Of a stretch of DNA of 64,000 bases, positions 27,891 through 39,646 are shown piece by piece. The notes beneath the pieces were generated by a model. It was given only the letters and a program-made list of their open reading frames with translations. It did not search any database and was not told the DNA's origin. The position numbers and the translations under genes are program-made. Source of the DNA: Ginglymostoma cirratum. Its lineage: Eukaryota. Position 1 is the first letter of the stretch, and each line of letters begins with the position of its first letter. The stretch lies in the NCBI GenBank assembly GCA_024137785.1, contig JAHRHZ010000222.1:30036838-30100837 (forward strand). Direction: 5' to 3'.

Positions 27891-28569
27891 TGTAAATATG
27901 CAGGTAGTTGCTCAATAAGTGTATGTTAATTGAGCAAGTGGGCACTCCTGAAATGCAGCCTGATCCAGTCTGTGAGCTGGGTACCTGTCCCTGCACACAG
28001 AGTGTCCTTGCAGCAGCCTTTCAATACAAATTGCTGCTATGTCCTGCAATGCAAGTCTCTGCTTCTTAAGCAATCTCTGAGTGAATTACAGATGTGCCTT
28101 GAGGATCACAAGAGCATTGGCAAATCTCAGATGCCAATATCTGTGGATGAGGGGTGCATGTAGTTGGTGCCCATAGATGATGCCCTGAGGTATTGTTACA
28201 TATTCAGCAACATGGGCACTACCAGCAGTGAGTCGAGGTTGTCAGGTGCCCACATGGATGACCATGTTGAGAATTCCCAGTGTCTAGTTTGTTTGATGTG
28301 TTTGGTAAGCTAGGAAGCTGACTTTCATAAGGTAAGATATGTAGCATTTAACAAGCAATTATCCTCTCTAATTGGCACCTAGCTGCTACTGAGTGAGAAA
28401 TTCACCTCAATGCGGGGAGACGCATAAAATTTGCAATGAGTTGCTGGGCCTCTTTCACGGTTCTACAACAAATCTTGACATAACCCACTTCATCCAGGCC
28501 CCCATAAGATTCTGCCCTTTGTTTCTACTAAGCTGTGCGTGTACTGGAAGTTGGAAGATATCATGCAGA

Positions 28570-28710
28570 TCTTGTCCCACATTTCACATCCCAACCAATT
28601 ATTGCGTAAAAAGATTTACTTCATGCCACTATTGGTTCTGGCGCCAATCTCTGTGAATCTGTGTCCTCTGTTTCTCCAGCCTTCAGCCACTGAAAACAGT
28701 TTCTCTTCAC
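28570..28710 (-). mobile_element. CR1 ORF2 C-terminal fragment
   Basis: GLERSSEEKLFSVAEGWRNRGHRF resembles the CR1 C-terminal TRGH region. Confidence 0.6.
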
Positions 28711-28849
28711 TTGATCTCTCTAAACCTGCAAATTCCACCATCTTGCAACCAAATATTCCTGGATGGTCAAGCTGTAAAACTGTTATCATTGCACCGACCT
28801 GTTTGTGGCACTTGGTCTTCAGGGGTTGATCAACTGGGAAATGCAGCCT

Positions 28850-29150
28850 GCGAGTGGCGAGCAACTTTTGATTTTTGTCTTGCCAGAGACTTCACCTGCT
28901 TTATTGCCAATGTGTCAAGAACAATATCACTACCGCATCGTGTCCTCTTGACCTCTCCCTGAAGCTCTTTGACCTTTTCTTCAGCCAGCTTTCTCGTCAC
29001 CTTAGTCTGTCTTTTCGAACCTGCCAACGAAACTGTCCCCTTACCCCGAAGGAATCCCAGGGAGCCTTGCATTTCCTCCTCAATCTTCCAGTAAGGACCT
29101 AACTGACTGCCAACTTGGCAACCATGGGGCCCAACACACATCGGGTAGAT
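28850..29150 (+). mobile_element. Ancient L2-like LINE fragment (pre-RT region)
   Basis: TTASCPLDLSLKLF...ETVPL...LGNHG resembles the L2 pattern TC.LDP.P..LL...G.VP...L.NYRP. Highly diverged. Confidence 0.4.
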
Positions 29151-29198
29151 AGCAAAAATCTCTGCTACACAACAAAACAAGTATATGTTGAACCATTC

Positions 29199-29809
29199 GG
29201 AGATAGCAAGAACTGCAGATGCTGGAGTCAGAGACAACACAGTGTGGAGCTCTGAAGCATAGACTCGGAGACTGTTTTGTAGAGTATCTGTGTTCTGTAC
29301 ATGGCAAATGACAACACCTTCCAGTCACCAACCATTTTAACTACCCCTCCCACTCCCTGGGTGACATGTCCATCCTGGGCCTCGTCCAGTGCCACAATAC
29401 ACCACCCACGGACTGGAGAAGTAACACCTCATATTCTGCCTTAGGAGCCGACAGCCCAATGGCCTAAACGTGGAATTCACCAGTTTTAAATTCTCCCCAC
29501 CCCGGCCTCATCCCATGTCCAACCCTCACTCTTATCCCTGCCTCCTTGACCTGACACAACCTATTCATCTTCTCTCCCATCTATCTGCCCCACCCGTCCC
29601 ACTGACCAATCCTCACCACTCCCTACCTGCATTCACCTATCACCACCTCACCTACCTTCCCCAGCCCCACCCCTCCCCTCTCTATTTATTTCCCAGCTAT
29701 GTTCCCCCTCTCCATTTCCGAAGAAGGGTCACTACCTGAAATGTCAACTTTCCTGCTCCTCTGATGCTGCCCGGCCTGCTGCGTTCCTCCAGCTCCACAC
29801 TGTGCTGTC
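29199..29809 (+). mobile_element. 5'-truncated Penelope-like element: inverted pLTR piece, GIY-YIG C-terminus, pLTR
   Basis: 29255-29490 encodes RLGDCFVEYL...NHFNYPSHSLGDMSILGLVQCH...HLIFCLRSRQPNGLNVEFTSF. 29199-29252 is partly inverted relative to the 3' pLTR. The 17-bp flanking repeat tatat(g/a)ttgaaccattc is at 29182-29198 and 29810-29826. Confidence 0.85.
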
Positions 29810-30249
29810 TATATATTGAACCATTCAATTTTCTAATTCAATATACTCGTTCCTCAACAATGGGAAACGCCTTGTAATAAAATCACTCAAAATTCAAAGC
29901 TTATGAAAATGTTCAGTCATAACAAAGTTAATATTTAATAACAGAAGTCTAGATTTATAAATATTAAAAATATGATTATATGATTTTCAGCAAAACATTT
30001 AGAAAATTGTATTTGTGTTCTTCTAAATTGCACTCAGAGTTCAAACAAATAGGTGTTTGTCCTTTGGCCTTAAAGTAGTGAAAAATTAATAAATGCTATA
30101 TTGATTATCCGACATTTATTTATTAAAACTGTAGCCATTATGACATCCTAAATCTTTCATTTTGTAAAGTAAATAAACAATTTTAATATAAAAAATTACA
30201 TTGCTGTTAAGCTGCTCAAGTATCAGACATCAGTTTCCAGAAATGAACT

Positions 30250-30478
30250 AAAAGTGAAATACTGTGCACGGTAGGAATCGGAAATAACAACAGAAAGTTC
30301 TTGTATGAATGGCAGCATGTGCAGAAAGGTAAACAGGTAATGTTTCAAGTTGAATATGACTTTTCCTGAACAAGAGAAGACAAGTTCAGAAGAACTGTCC
30401 TATTTGACTTGAAACATCAGCTGTTCTCTCCTTTGCAGAGAACACCAGATCTTCCCAGCACATACTCTTTTTATTCCC
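30250..30478. mobile_element. Old Penelope pLTR-derived inverted-repeat insertion
   Basis: The arms tgtttcaagttgaatatgac and gtcctatttgacttgaaaca are imperfect reverse complements and resemble the other pLTR hairpins. Confidence 0.55.
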
Positions 30479-31961
30479 AAAATTAAGTTTAAAGTTCAGC
30501 ATTTCCACTCAGAATCACTCATTGCTTCTTTCTTTTAAACATTGACCCTTAATTTGCTGTTGCAGGGCGACTGTAAGAACCTGTGGTCATTTGAATGTAA
30601 CCTATCCCATAGCTTCTTTGTAACTTTTTACGTGTTAAGTTGCAGCAACATGACATGCTCAATGCGCTTATGAGGCGTACAGTGAAATTCTGATTTCATG
30701 AAGCTCTAAGCCTCTTGGAACAGCAACTTTTTGATATTTGTTCAATTGAACATTTCCCTCAGCTGTAGTTGCTGCAATGAAGGATGCCGTTAGCCTCATA
30801 ATTACTTTAACAGCAAATTACAAGCCTTTGTTTTCTGTTACTTTTTAAAGGTATTACAGGTTGTTCTACGGCACAATTTAGCGATAGTGTTGGAACCTTC
30901 TATTTAGACATTCAAACATTTATATTGAGGCCTAGAACTGTATCTTGGCAATCTATGGGATGATTTCTATCTTCGGAAATTGGAACAATAATTCTTCTTG
31001 TTTAATTCAATGACAATGAGCAGAAATAACCATTACTTCGGTGGACAGCTGAGCAAAGTTGATCAAACCACTTTTGACTAACACATATTGTTCATCGGTA
31101 CCAGAATATTTTGCAAGGTTGCAATTTCTAATACATTAGCAATAGATCATGAAGTAACAATCTGGCAAGTGAGCTCTGAATAGTCCTTCCAAATGTATCA
31201 TGATTGCCCAGGATCTTGATCCACATATGATTCTTGGTGGAATATCAGATAGTGGCATTGATATCGGGAGTGGGAACTTTACAGCCTCAGAACTTCTGCA
31301 TCACATCTGTGAAGTCAGCACATTAAAACTTTCAGGTTAGACATAACTTTGCACCAAGCTGCAGTCAACTTTGTCAGTGTAAATCCAGGCAAGTGCAATA
31401 ATCACATTAATCAAGGACCTCATGTGAGTTGAACTTTTGCATGGAGCTATCTCCAGCAGAATTTTTCAGCAGATGCTTCTCAAAAATGATGAAAATGATT
31501 GAGGAAGTTAATTTATTGATTTACTGATTTAGCAAGAACCCTTTTCAGGCAGTTGGCATCCTTCAATTTCAACCCCAGATTTTTTTAATGCCTAAAATAC
31601 AGCAAAATATTTCAGGAAATTCACAGCCATAAATTCAGATGAAAAGTGCATTAGCAGGCAGACAGTAGCAAAATAAAATTTAGTGTGGACCTGTGTAAAA
31701 TTTTACATGTCAGAATGGGGCAAAAAGTAGAAGGCACAAGTACATTTTACTTCTGTTAGATCAGCTATGGAAGAGCTGTGCTTCTGCTGGTTTTGGCGCT
31801 GTGTGAGCCTGGATTTGCAAAAAAAAATCACAAAGTTAACCGCCAGTGTGGCTTATACCGATGGGCATCTTAGGGCATGCATTCCATTTGGGTGCCAGAA
31901 GTACGCAGACGGGGCACGTAGTGAAGTCAGTTTCTAATGCCTACTTAAAAGCAAAGTATTG

Positions 31962-32130
31962 AAGATCTGAAGCAAAAAATAGAAAGGACTGGAGAAACAC
32001 GGCAGGTCTGGCTGATCTCTGTTAAGATTGGAACTCTAAAGAAGAGTCATTGGTACTCAAAACCTTAACTGTTTCTATCTTCACAAATACTGTCAGACCT
32101 GCCGAGTTTCTCCAGCACTTTCTGTTTCTA
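31962..32130. mobile_element. Penelope pLTR-derived inverted-repeat insertion
   Basis: ctggagaaacacggcaggtctg and cagacctgccgagtttctccag form inverted arms around a decayed hammerhead-like core. Confidence 0.7.
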
Positions 32131-32449
32131 ATGTTCATTTGGTGCCTGACCTGCCATTTTAGGTCCTGTTAAGAGCCTTGTTTAAACACATATCTGATGA
32201 AGTGAGCTCCACAACTGAATAATGCTCAGTTATCTTCAGGTAACTTTAATGTGAGATGGTTTGGCTCTCTTTTGCTGCTGTAGAATTATAGAAGTATTAC
32301 GTATTGTGTTGTTTGTTTTATTAGAGACAGGGATTGGTGCTGGACCTCTGCAAGGAATTGATTCGATTTTCAATGACTTTGAGCAGAAAACTTGCTCAGA
32401 GTTATGAGGATTAATTGTTTGTTGTGTATCTTCATGGATCACAGTCAAC

Positions 32450-32670
32450 AGAGAAATGGAGCATAGGCTCCTCAGAGAGGCTGCTCACAGCGTTAGGAGG
32501 CAGAATGTCCTCAGGTCTTCAAGGAGCACTCCTAACACACTTCAGCCAGAAACAATGTCTGCAGTGGCTATGTTTCGCCAAGGAGATTGCCAACTCTGTC
32601 ACCTTCTACAAACAGTCACACAAGGGGCAAGGATGGCATTGCCATTGTTCTTCACTGTGGCTCTCAGTGA
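32450..32670 (+). pseudogene. Harbinger transposase N-terminal fossil, part of a larger element of about 31750-33530
   Basis: PQVFKEHS..FSQKQCLQWLCFAKE..LCHLLQ..GARMALP..TVAL, homologous to 42280-42640. Confidence 0.65.
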
Positions 32671-33544
32671 TTGCTCAGTGATGAGAGCTATCCACTGTAT
32701 ACGTGACTACTGGTTCCCATCTGGCACTTATCCAAATGTGGACAGTGTTCCTACGAAGACATATAGGCTACACCAAGGAACGTTCTGGACCTGACATTTG
32801 GCATCCTTACACAATAGTTTTACTTGCTTAATCCTCTGGTGAGACCCTATAATGTTCACCAGAGCAAGTCTCACTATCCATTGTGTATGTGGCATTCTTA
32901 AAGACCTGGCAGTCCAAAGGGTGCAGATACCAGGGATTCAGCCACCACCTCAGGAAAAGAAGGAGGTATTCAAGGTATCATTTTTCCAGACGAGGTGTCT
33001 CCAAGTGTCTCATCAAACTCCAGTTTTTGTGTTAAATATCCCTCCATCAAACCAAACTGAAGTATTCACCATCGTGTTTTCCCTTTGTGCCTCTCTTGCA
33101 TGCGCCTTTGCCTGGACTTCTGCATCTAAGTAATGGTATCCCAGTGGAAGCAGCATACCTGATGGAAACTCAGTGAATTCTTCTGAAGGAGGTTGTGATG
33201 ACCTTTGCCCACTGTTCTAGAGTTGGGCCTAACATGTCAGGCTTTGGACTGCATCACGTGGGCATTAATGGCAATAGTCTGGCTTGACTGGATGATGAGA
33301 AGAGTCCTAGCAGAGTAATAATAGCACAAGCGTAAATGCAGTTAACCTGATGGAGTAGAACAGGTTCTTGCCACACAGAGTCACTGTTACTCCTGTAGGA
33401 TGGTGCCACAATGATTATAGCAACTTCCTGGAGCGCAGAACACCAGATGATGGTGAAAACTGCAACCTCCTTTGAACAATTCTATACACAGCCGAAATGG
33501 CAAAAGTCTTAGTCTGTACAGTACCAAACCACATTTACATTTTT

Positions 33545-34460
33545 AAAAATTCATTTGTGGAATGTGGGAGTCACTAGCTGGGCCCAGCATTTATTGCTTG
33601 TACCTAGTGCCCTTGCAAAGGTGGTAGTGAGCTGCCTTCTTGAACCACTGCAGTCTGCATGCCGTAGGTTGACCAACAATGCCATCAGGGAGGGAATTCC
33701 GGGAATTTGACTCAGTGACAGTGAAGGAACGGTGATATATTCCAAGTCAGTATGGTGAGAGGCTTGGAGGAGAACTTGCAAGTAATAGTTTTCCCATGTA
33801 TCTGCTACCCTTGTCCTTCTAGTGGTCGTGGGTTTGGAAGGTGCTATGTGAGGACCTTTGGTAAATTTCTGCAGTGCATCTTGTAGACAGTACACACTGC
33901 TGCTACTGAGCGTTGATGGTTGAGGGAAGGGATTCTTGTCAATGTGGTGCCAATCAAGCAGGCTGCTTTATCCCAGATGGTGTCAAGCTTTTTGAATGTC
34001 GTTGGGCTGCAGCTATCCAGGCAAGTGGAGACTATTCTACCACACCCGTAACTTATGACATGTAGATGGTGGACAGGTTTTGGGAGTCAGGAGGTAAGTT
34101 ACTCTCCGTAGTATTCCTAGCTTCTGTTTTTACGGGCACTGTTTATGTAGTGGGTCCAGTTGAGTTTCTGGTCAAAGATAACCCCCAGAGTGTTGATAGT
34201 GGGGGACTTGATGATTGTAACACCATTGAATGTCAAGATATGGTGGTTAGATTGCTTCTTATTGGTGGTGGTCATAGCCTGTCATTTATGTTACTTGCCA
34301 CTTGTTAGCCCAAGCCTAGATATTGTCCAGATCTTCTTGCATTTGAGTATAGACGACTTCAGTGTCCAAGAAGCCGCAAACAGAGGTGAATATTGTGCAA
34401 TCATCAGCTAATGTCCCCACTTCTGATCTTATGATGGAGGGAAGGTAATTGATGAAGCAG
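33545..34460 (-). mobile_element. 5'-truncated copy of the 24402-27160 LINE family
   Basis: The reverse complement matches about 26220-27150 (RT C-terminus and 3' UTR). Confidence 0.9.
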
Positions 34461-34753
34461 CAATGAACAGAGGTATGTGACATTTGTCAGAGTTTTTACT
34501 GCAAACCTGAAACATTAGCCTGTTTCTACTTGTGCTGTGATGGAAACTGAGCCATTTCTCATCTGACACTGCATCACAGCAAGTCCTCATATAATGTCAT
34601 GGAATTAGCCATCATTTTTACACAGAATGGCTCAGTTCAAAGTTCCTAACAAAGCCCTCTGACAAGGAACTGAACTCTTCAACAGCAATGTCTAATACAA
34701 CAAGTATCTTGGTGTACACACAGATTGACCTCAAACATACAAGTATGTTAGGT

Positions 34754-34927
34754 AGAAGCACACAAATTGCTGGAGACACTCAGTAGGTCTGACAGTATCT
34801 GCGGAGAGAAAATAGAGTCAACATTTCAGGTCCAATGACCCTAAAGATACTGCCAGACTTGCTGAGCTTCTCCAGCAATTTCTGCTTTTGTTTCAGATTT
34901 CCAGCATCCACAATTCTCTGTTTTTTG
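34754..34927. mobile_element. Penelope pLTR-derived inverted-repeat insertion
   Basis: aaattgctggagacactcagtaggtctgacagtatct and agatactgccagacttgctgagcttctccagcaattt are inverted arms. Same family as 43936-44123. Confidence 0.75.
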
Positions 34928-34937
34928 TCATGATTTT

Positions 34938-35246
34938 AAGGGGGTTTGAGATGGTTGTCAAGGACTGGCAGGCACAGTCTCAATCAGGGGTCACCCCAAT
35001 TGAGACAGGGATGAAAGGAACTTTTCTTCCAAAGGATAGTCAGTCTTTGAATTTTTTATTACAGAGGGCTGTCGGGAGTGGGTTGTTAAGTATGTTCAAG
35101 GCTGAGAGAGACAGAATTTTATTCAGAAAGGGAATCGAGTTATGGAATAAAGGAAGAAAGTGAAGTTGATCAGCCATGATCTCAATGAATGGTGGAGCAG
35201 ACACAACGGATTGGATAGCCAATTTCCGCTCCTATGATTTATGGTT
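34938..35246 (+). mobile_element. CR1 3' end
   Basis: SMFKAERDRILFRKGI followed by a CR1 3' UTR (gatcagccatgatctcaatgaatggtggagcag). Confidence 0.8.
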
Positions 35247-35255
35247 AAACCTTTG

Positions 35256-35491
35256 TGTAGTGATAGTAACCAGGTCAGGCAGGCGACCTCATAGAATGGG
35301 AGTTCTTGATTGGGACTGTTTACCTGGTCCTATCGGGGAGCGCTGGCCGACAAATAAGAACAGGCGTGTGCCAGACATCCTGTTGACTCCGAGACCTGGC
35401 CTTGACGGAGCTGGATCTACGTCAAGGACTCTCCACACATAAACAAAGGATGACTTGGTAACGAGATACCCACCTCTGTGGAGTTTGTTCA
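35256..35491 (+). mobile_element. Solo LTR (236 bp)
   Basis: TG...CA termini, flanks ctttg and ctttt (4/5 match), internal TATA-like and poly(A)-signal-like motifs, and more CpG than the surroundings. Confidence 0.65.
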
Positions 35492-36977
35492 CTTTTTAGG
35501 TACTCAATCTATAAAGATCCATATCTGAGTCCTCTATAACTGAACTTGTGAGTAACTTAATCCTTCCAAGACCTGACATATACAATGACTTTTCCTCTTG
35601 CTTTGCCATCGCCTACTTATGCCCAATGATTCACCCCTGCCGATCCTGCCTCCACGGTACTTTTGAAAGTGTATGCTGTGCCAGTATCTGAGCTGGTGGC
35701 TGTGAGTCTCATATCAGGTGCCGCTCATTAGCCACTCATTCTTCAATTTGGCCACATCATCAGGCTGCATGATCTGGCCATGCTTAGAGTAGAAAAGCAT
35801 AAAAGGGAGAGTTGGGATGAGGGAAGAGGGATTAGGTGAAAGACAAGAGGTGCATGATAACACCACCTGCATCTTGTACTCCAGACTTGATTATGTGATA
35901 ATTGTGAAGCAGGAGTTGAAAAAGTGCACACACTGGAAATATATTGTCCCACTGATACTTTCTGCAATGGCCACTATTCCTACAATGCTAATAATTCATA
36001 TCACTGTGTCCTCTAACGGACTGAGCACTTGCAGTCCTGCCTGTCCCTGACTGTTATTATGCTGCTTTTTCCTGTCACATGTCAGTTATCTTCTGAGAGA
36101 AGGTGCCAGAGAAGTGCTACAATGGGTGATATTCCTGTCAGAGCTGAACTGCTGGAAGTATGTGGAAGGAGGTGGGCCTGAGGTTTGAGGTGAGCTGAGT
36201 GAGGGACAGTGATGTGGAGTTGATCAATGCAAGGCATGTATAATACTTGTTGCTGGATGAGTAATGGAGACCAGTGCATGAGGTTTCAGGTACAATTGGT
36301 AGAAGTTATTATTTGAAGATACATTCACGTTATATCTGTTCTTCAGATGGATGCCAGAATAGAAAAATGATTTAGCACAGGGTAGTGAAGCCTAAATAAT
36401 CTTAGATGTATACCAGACATGCTCATGTCTGTGTTCCAAAGACTTGTTAAAACAACGGTGATACCATATCAGAGAGAAGCTTTAGCTGAAATAAAGAGCA
36501 TGAAACTGTATGGTTAAACAACAGATAGTTGCGCACTAGCCAAACTCTCAACAGTTAGGAGATTAAAAGTTAAGATTAGAAAGAATTTTTAACCCATGAA
36601 GCTTAGAATATTTGGACTGAATCTGATGAAATCAGCTAATACCATTTAAGACATCAGAAAGAGCTGGGAAAATATCTGTCTGAAAGCAAGACAGAAGGCT
36701 GTAAGGAATAAGTACAGATAAGCAGATCATATTCTACTTGGAACATTATTGTTTCTGAACTACTGGGACCTTAGAAATGTTATTCTGAGGACGGCAACCA
36801 GTCAGGGATAAATAACACAAGTTCAAATAGATATTCTGCAGCTTTTTTTTTGATTTACCTTTGGGAGGACGAGGATAAACATTATAGAAACTTTCCTCAG
36901 GAGATGAAGTAGCTTTGGGAGAGTCTATGACAATTAATTGTTCAGAATGTCATTCTTTGAGTTGAACGCGCGTGCGT

Positions 36978-36978
<1 letters not shown>

Positions 36979-37026
<48 letters not shown>
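36979..37026. repeat. (CA)24 microsatellite
   Basis: Perfect dinucleotide run preceded by alternating acgcgcgtgcgtg. Confidence 0.98.
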
Positions 37027-37029
<3 letters not shown>

Positions 37030-38084
37030 CACTTAGTGTCTTCTATTGGACAAAAATAGAAATGTTTTCTACCTGAAAATCCAACTTGATTGCACTTACC
37101 GATTAACATTATTTTCCTGGCAATAATAGCACTATGAAGGCAAGAGTCACAACACCTTAAAAGACGTTTAAACTAATTGAGGGACGGAGAATGAAATGTT
37201 AACTATGACCTAATCATGGACAGGCCTTATTATGGACTATTGTAAGATTGTTGTAAATGTTTTCATTCATGCTTCAGACAAACTATGATCACTATGGCTT
37301 CAAATGATGCTCCTTTATACACAAACAGCCTTTATTTTTATACCAGCTTTAGTGAAAGATGGAGACACATGTTGACTCATAATATTGCAAACTCATCACT
37401 ACTCAGAGAAATTCTATGTAGATGGAATGAAATAGATGCTGATTGATATCCAACACTAAACTGTTGAGTTTAAGCAGACAATCAGAATAGATTTTGGATT
37501 TTATTCGTCTTTGCTATAGATTGCTGAATTGCATATAACATTTCAGAACAATTAGTTTTTATCTACTTTTTGAAAGAAATTGGAAGTGCTTCGAAATGCA
37601 AGTAAGGTCACTTTATAATTGATGATTTCTTTGAATATTTCTACATGGCTTTTCAGTCAATACCTTCTAATCCCATGATAATTAACACATGAGTTTTTTG
37701 AGGTATGGATTTATTCTTCCAGCGGCACCAAACAGAAACAAAGTTGTAAACCCAATATGCTGGGATAGATTCATTTTGCTTTATTTAAATAATGACTCCA
37801 TTCCGCTTAAAATATTTCAAGTCCACCTACCAAAATTAAATCATTTATTGTAATGTGTATTGAATGTAAAACTACAGTGGAAAATGTGTACCTTCACGGT
37901 GTATACATGGCACCATTCACATTAACTTAGAAGAGGATTAGCAAAAAAACATAATTTAAGAGAGTCCAACTTTCCTTTCCACTGCCGCAGTCCCACTCAG
38001 GGCATTCCGGCCCTCGCCATGGTGCTGCCAGCGTCCCCCTGTGGGCAGCCTCTGGCCTGATCTCACTGCCGCTGCCTCCAGTCC

Positions 38085-38360
38085 CACCCTCTGCTTCCTC
38101 CCCGTCCCCCTCTCGCCTTCCTCCCCGGCACCCACTCTCCTTCCTCCCCGGCACCCCCTCTCCTTCCTCTCCGTTCCCCTCTCTCATTCCAAGACATCCC
38201 CCTCTCCTTTCTTGCTGTGTCCCTCTCGCCTTCCTCGTCATCCTGCCCTCCCCTTCCTCCCCGTTGCCCCCCTCCCCTTCCTCCCAGTCCCCCTCTCCCC
38301 TTCCTCGCCATCCTGCTCTCCCCTTCCTCGCTGTCGCCCCTCCCCTTCCTCGCCACTCGT
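38085..38360. repeat. C/T-rich minisatellite, about 22-24 bp unit (ccctctccccttcctc...)
   Basis: About 12 degenerate copies visible. Confidence 0.85.
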
Positions 38361-38391
38361 GGCTGCCTCACTGTGCCAATCTCACTGCCCG

Positions 38392-38709
38392 CTCTCACTG
38401 TCACTGCCTCACCGGCCCCACTCTCACCATCACTGCCTCACCGGCCCCACTCTCACAGCCGCTGCCTCACCGGCCCCACTCTCACTGCCGCTCCCTCACC
38501 GGCCCCACTCTCACCGTCACTGCCTCACCGGTCCCACTCTCACTGCCGCTGCCTCACCAGCCCCACTCTCACTGCCGCTGCTTCACTGGCCAACACTCAC
38601 TGTCGCTCCCTCATCGGCCCCACTCTCACTGTCACTGCCTCACCGGCTCCACTCTCACCGTCACTGCCTCACCAGCCCCACTCTCACTGCCGCTGCCTTA
38701 CCGGCCCAT
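38392..38709. repeat. 29-bp minisatellite, 11 copies (ctctcactgccgctgcctcaccggcccca)
   Basis: Units start at 38392, 38421, 38450, 38479, 38508, 38537, 38566, 38594, 38623, 38652 and 38681. Confidence 0.95.
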
Positions 38710-39039
38710 TCTTGATCTGCCTCCATCGCTCCGGCCCACACTCAATCCGCTGTCGCTGCAGGACAGAACCTGTACGTTCAGATCCCGCCGTGTGATTCGC
38801 ACTCACAACCCAGCTCTTTCCCGATTCCTTACGTAGGTATGTAAAAGGGGTTGGAGGGAGTGATAGAATTACTACAGACATAGTGGGAAGAAGGGAGAAA
38901 AAAAGAAGAAAGAACAAAGAAAGAAAGAGAAAGAAAACTGACAAGCAGAGTGGAGCTCCGAATGGAACAACTTACCCTGCCGCCATCTTGCTGGAAATTC
39001 CAATGTGTTATGTAATACAGCCAATATCAGATGGATTGG

Positions 39040-39646
39040 AGATAACAAGCATGGGGCTGGATGAACACAGCAGGTCAAGCAGCATCATAGGAGCAGGAAA
39101 ACCTGACGTTTCGGGCCTAAACCCTTCATCAGAATTTCTGATGAAGGGTNNNNNNNNNNNNNNNNNNNNNNNNNNNNNNNNNNNNNNNNNNNNNNNNNNN
39201 NNNNNNNNNNNNNNNNNNNNNNNNNNNNNNNNNNNNNNNNNNNNNNNNNNNNNNNNNNNNNNNNNNNNNNNNNNNNNNNNNNNNNNNNNNNNNNNNNNNN
39301 NNNNNNNNNNNNNNNNNNNNNNNNNNNNNNNNNNNNNNNNNNNNNNNNNNNNNNNNNNNNNNNNNNNNNNNNNNNNNNNNNNNNNNNNNNNNNNNNNNNN
39401 NNNNNNNNNNNNNNNNNNNNNNNNNNNNNNNNNNNNNNNNNNNNNNNNNNNNNNNNNNNNNNNNNNNNNNNNNNNNNNNNNNNNNNNNNNNNNNNNNNNN
39501 NNNNNNNNNNNNNNNNNNNNNNNNNNNNNNNNNNNNNNNNNNNNNNNNNGTTTTCCTGCTCCTATGATGCTGCTTGACCTGCTGTGTTCATCCAGCCCCA
39601 TGCTTGTTATCTCGGATTCTCCAGCATCTGCAGTACCTTTTATCTC
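39040..39646. mobile_element. Young palindromic Penelope pLTR-derived insertion spanning an assembly gap
   Basis: 39550-39612 is the exact reverse complement of 39040-39102. The hairpin centre is acccttcatcagaa-t-ttctgatgaagggt (39121-39149). The direct repeat tcagatggattgg is at 39027-39039 and 39645-39657. Confidence 0.85.
39150..39549. other. Assembly gap (400 N)
   Basis: Run of N bases. Confidence 0.99.

Larger units (their letters stand above)
37835..39002 (-). mobile_element. Composite non-autonomous retroposon-like element (YY1 head, GC-rich VNTR, LINE-like AATAAA tail)
   Basis: The minus strand starts ggaatttccagCAAGATGGCGGC, continues through a pyrimidine tract and two tandem arrays, and ends ttttccactgtagttttacattcaatacacattacAATAAA. 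It is CpG-rich compared with its flanks. Confidence 0.6.

Noticed and set aside
38392-38709. 29-bp repeats of CRISPR-like length
   Set aside because: Head-to-tail with no unique spacers, no cas genes and a vertebrate context; this is a minisatellite.
37927-38944. Long Pro/His/Ser-rich ORFs (190-224 aa) on several frames
   Set aside because: Products of GC-rich tandem repeats that lack stop codons; not genes.
38970-38990. ATGGCGGCAGG/gtaagt on the minus strand as a host first coding exon
   Set aside because: There is no upstream CpG-island promoter, and it sits at the very end of a repeat-like composite, so it is better explained as an element head.
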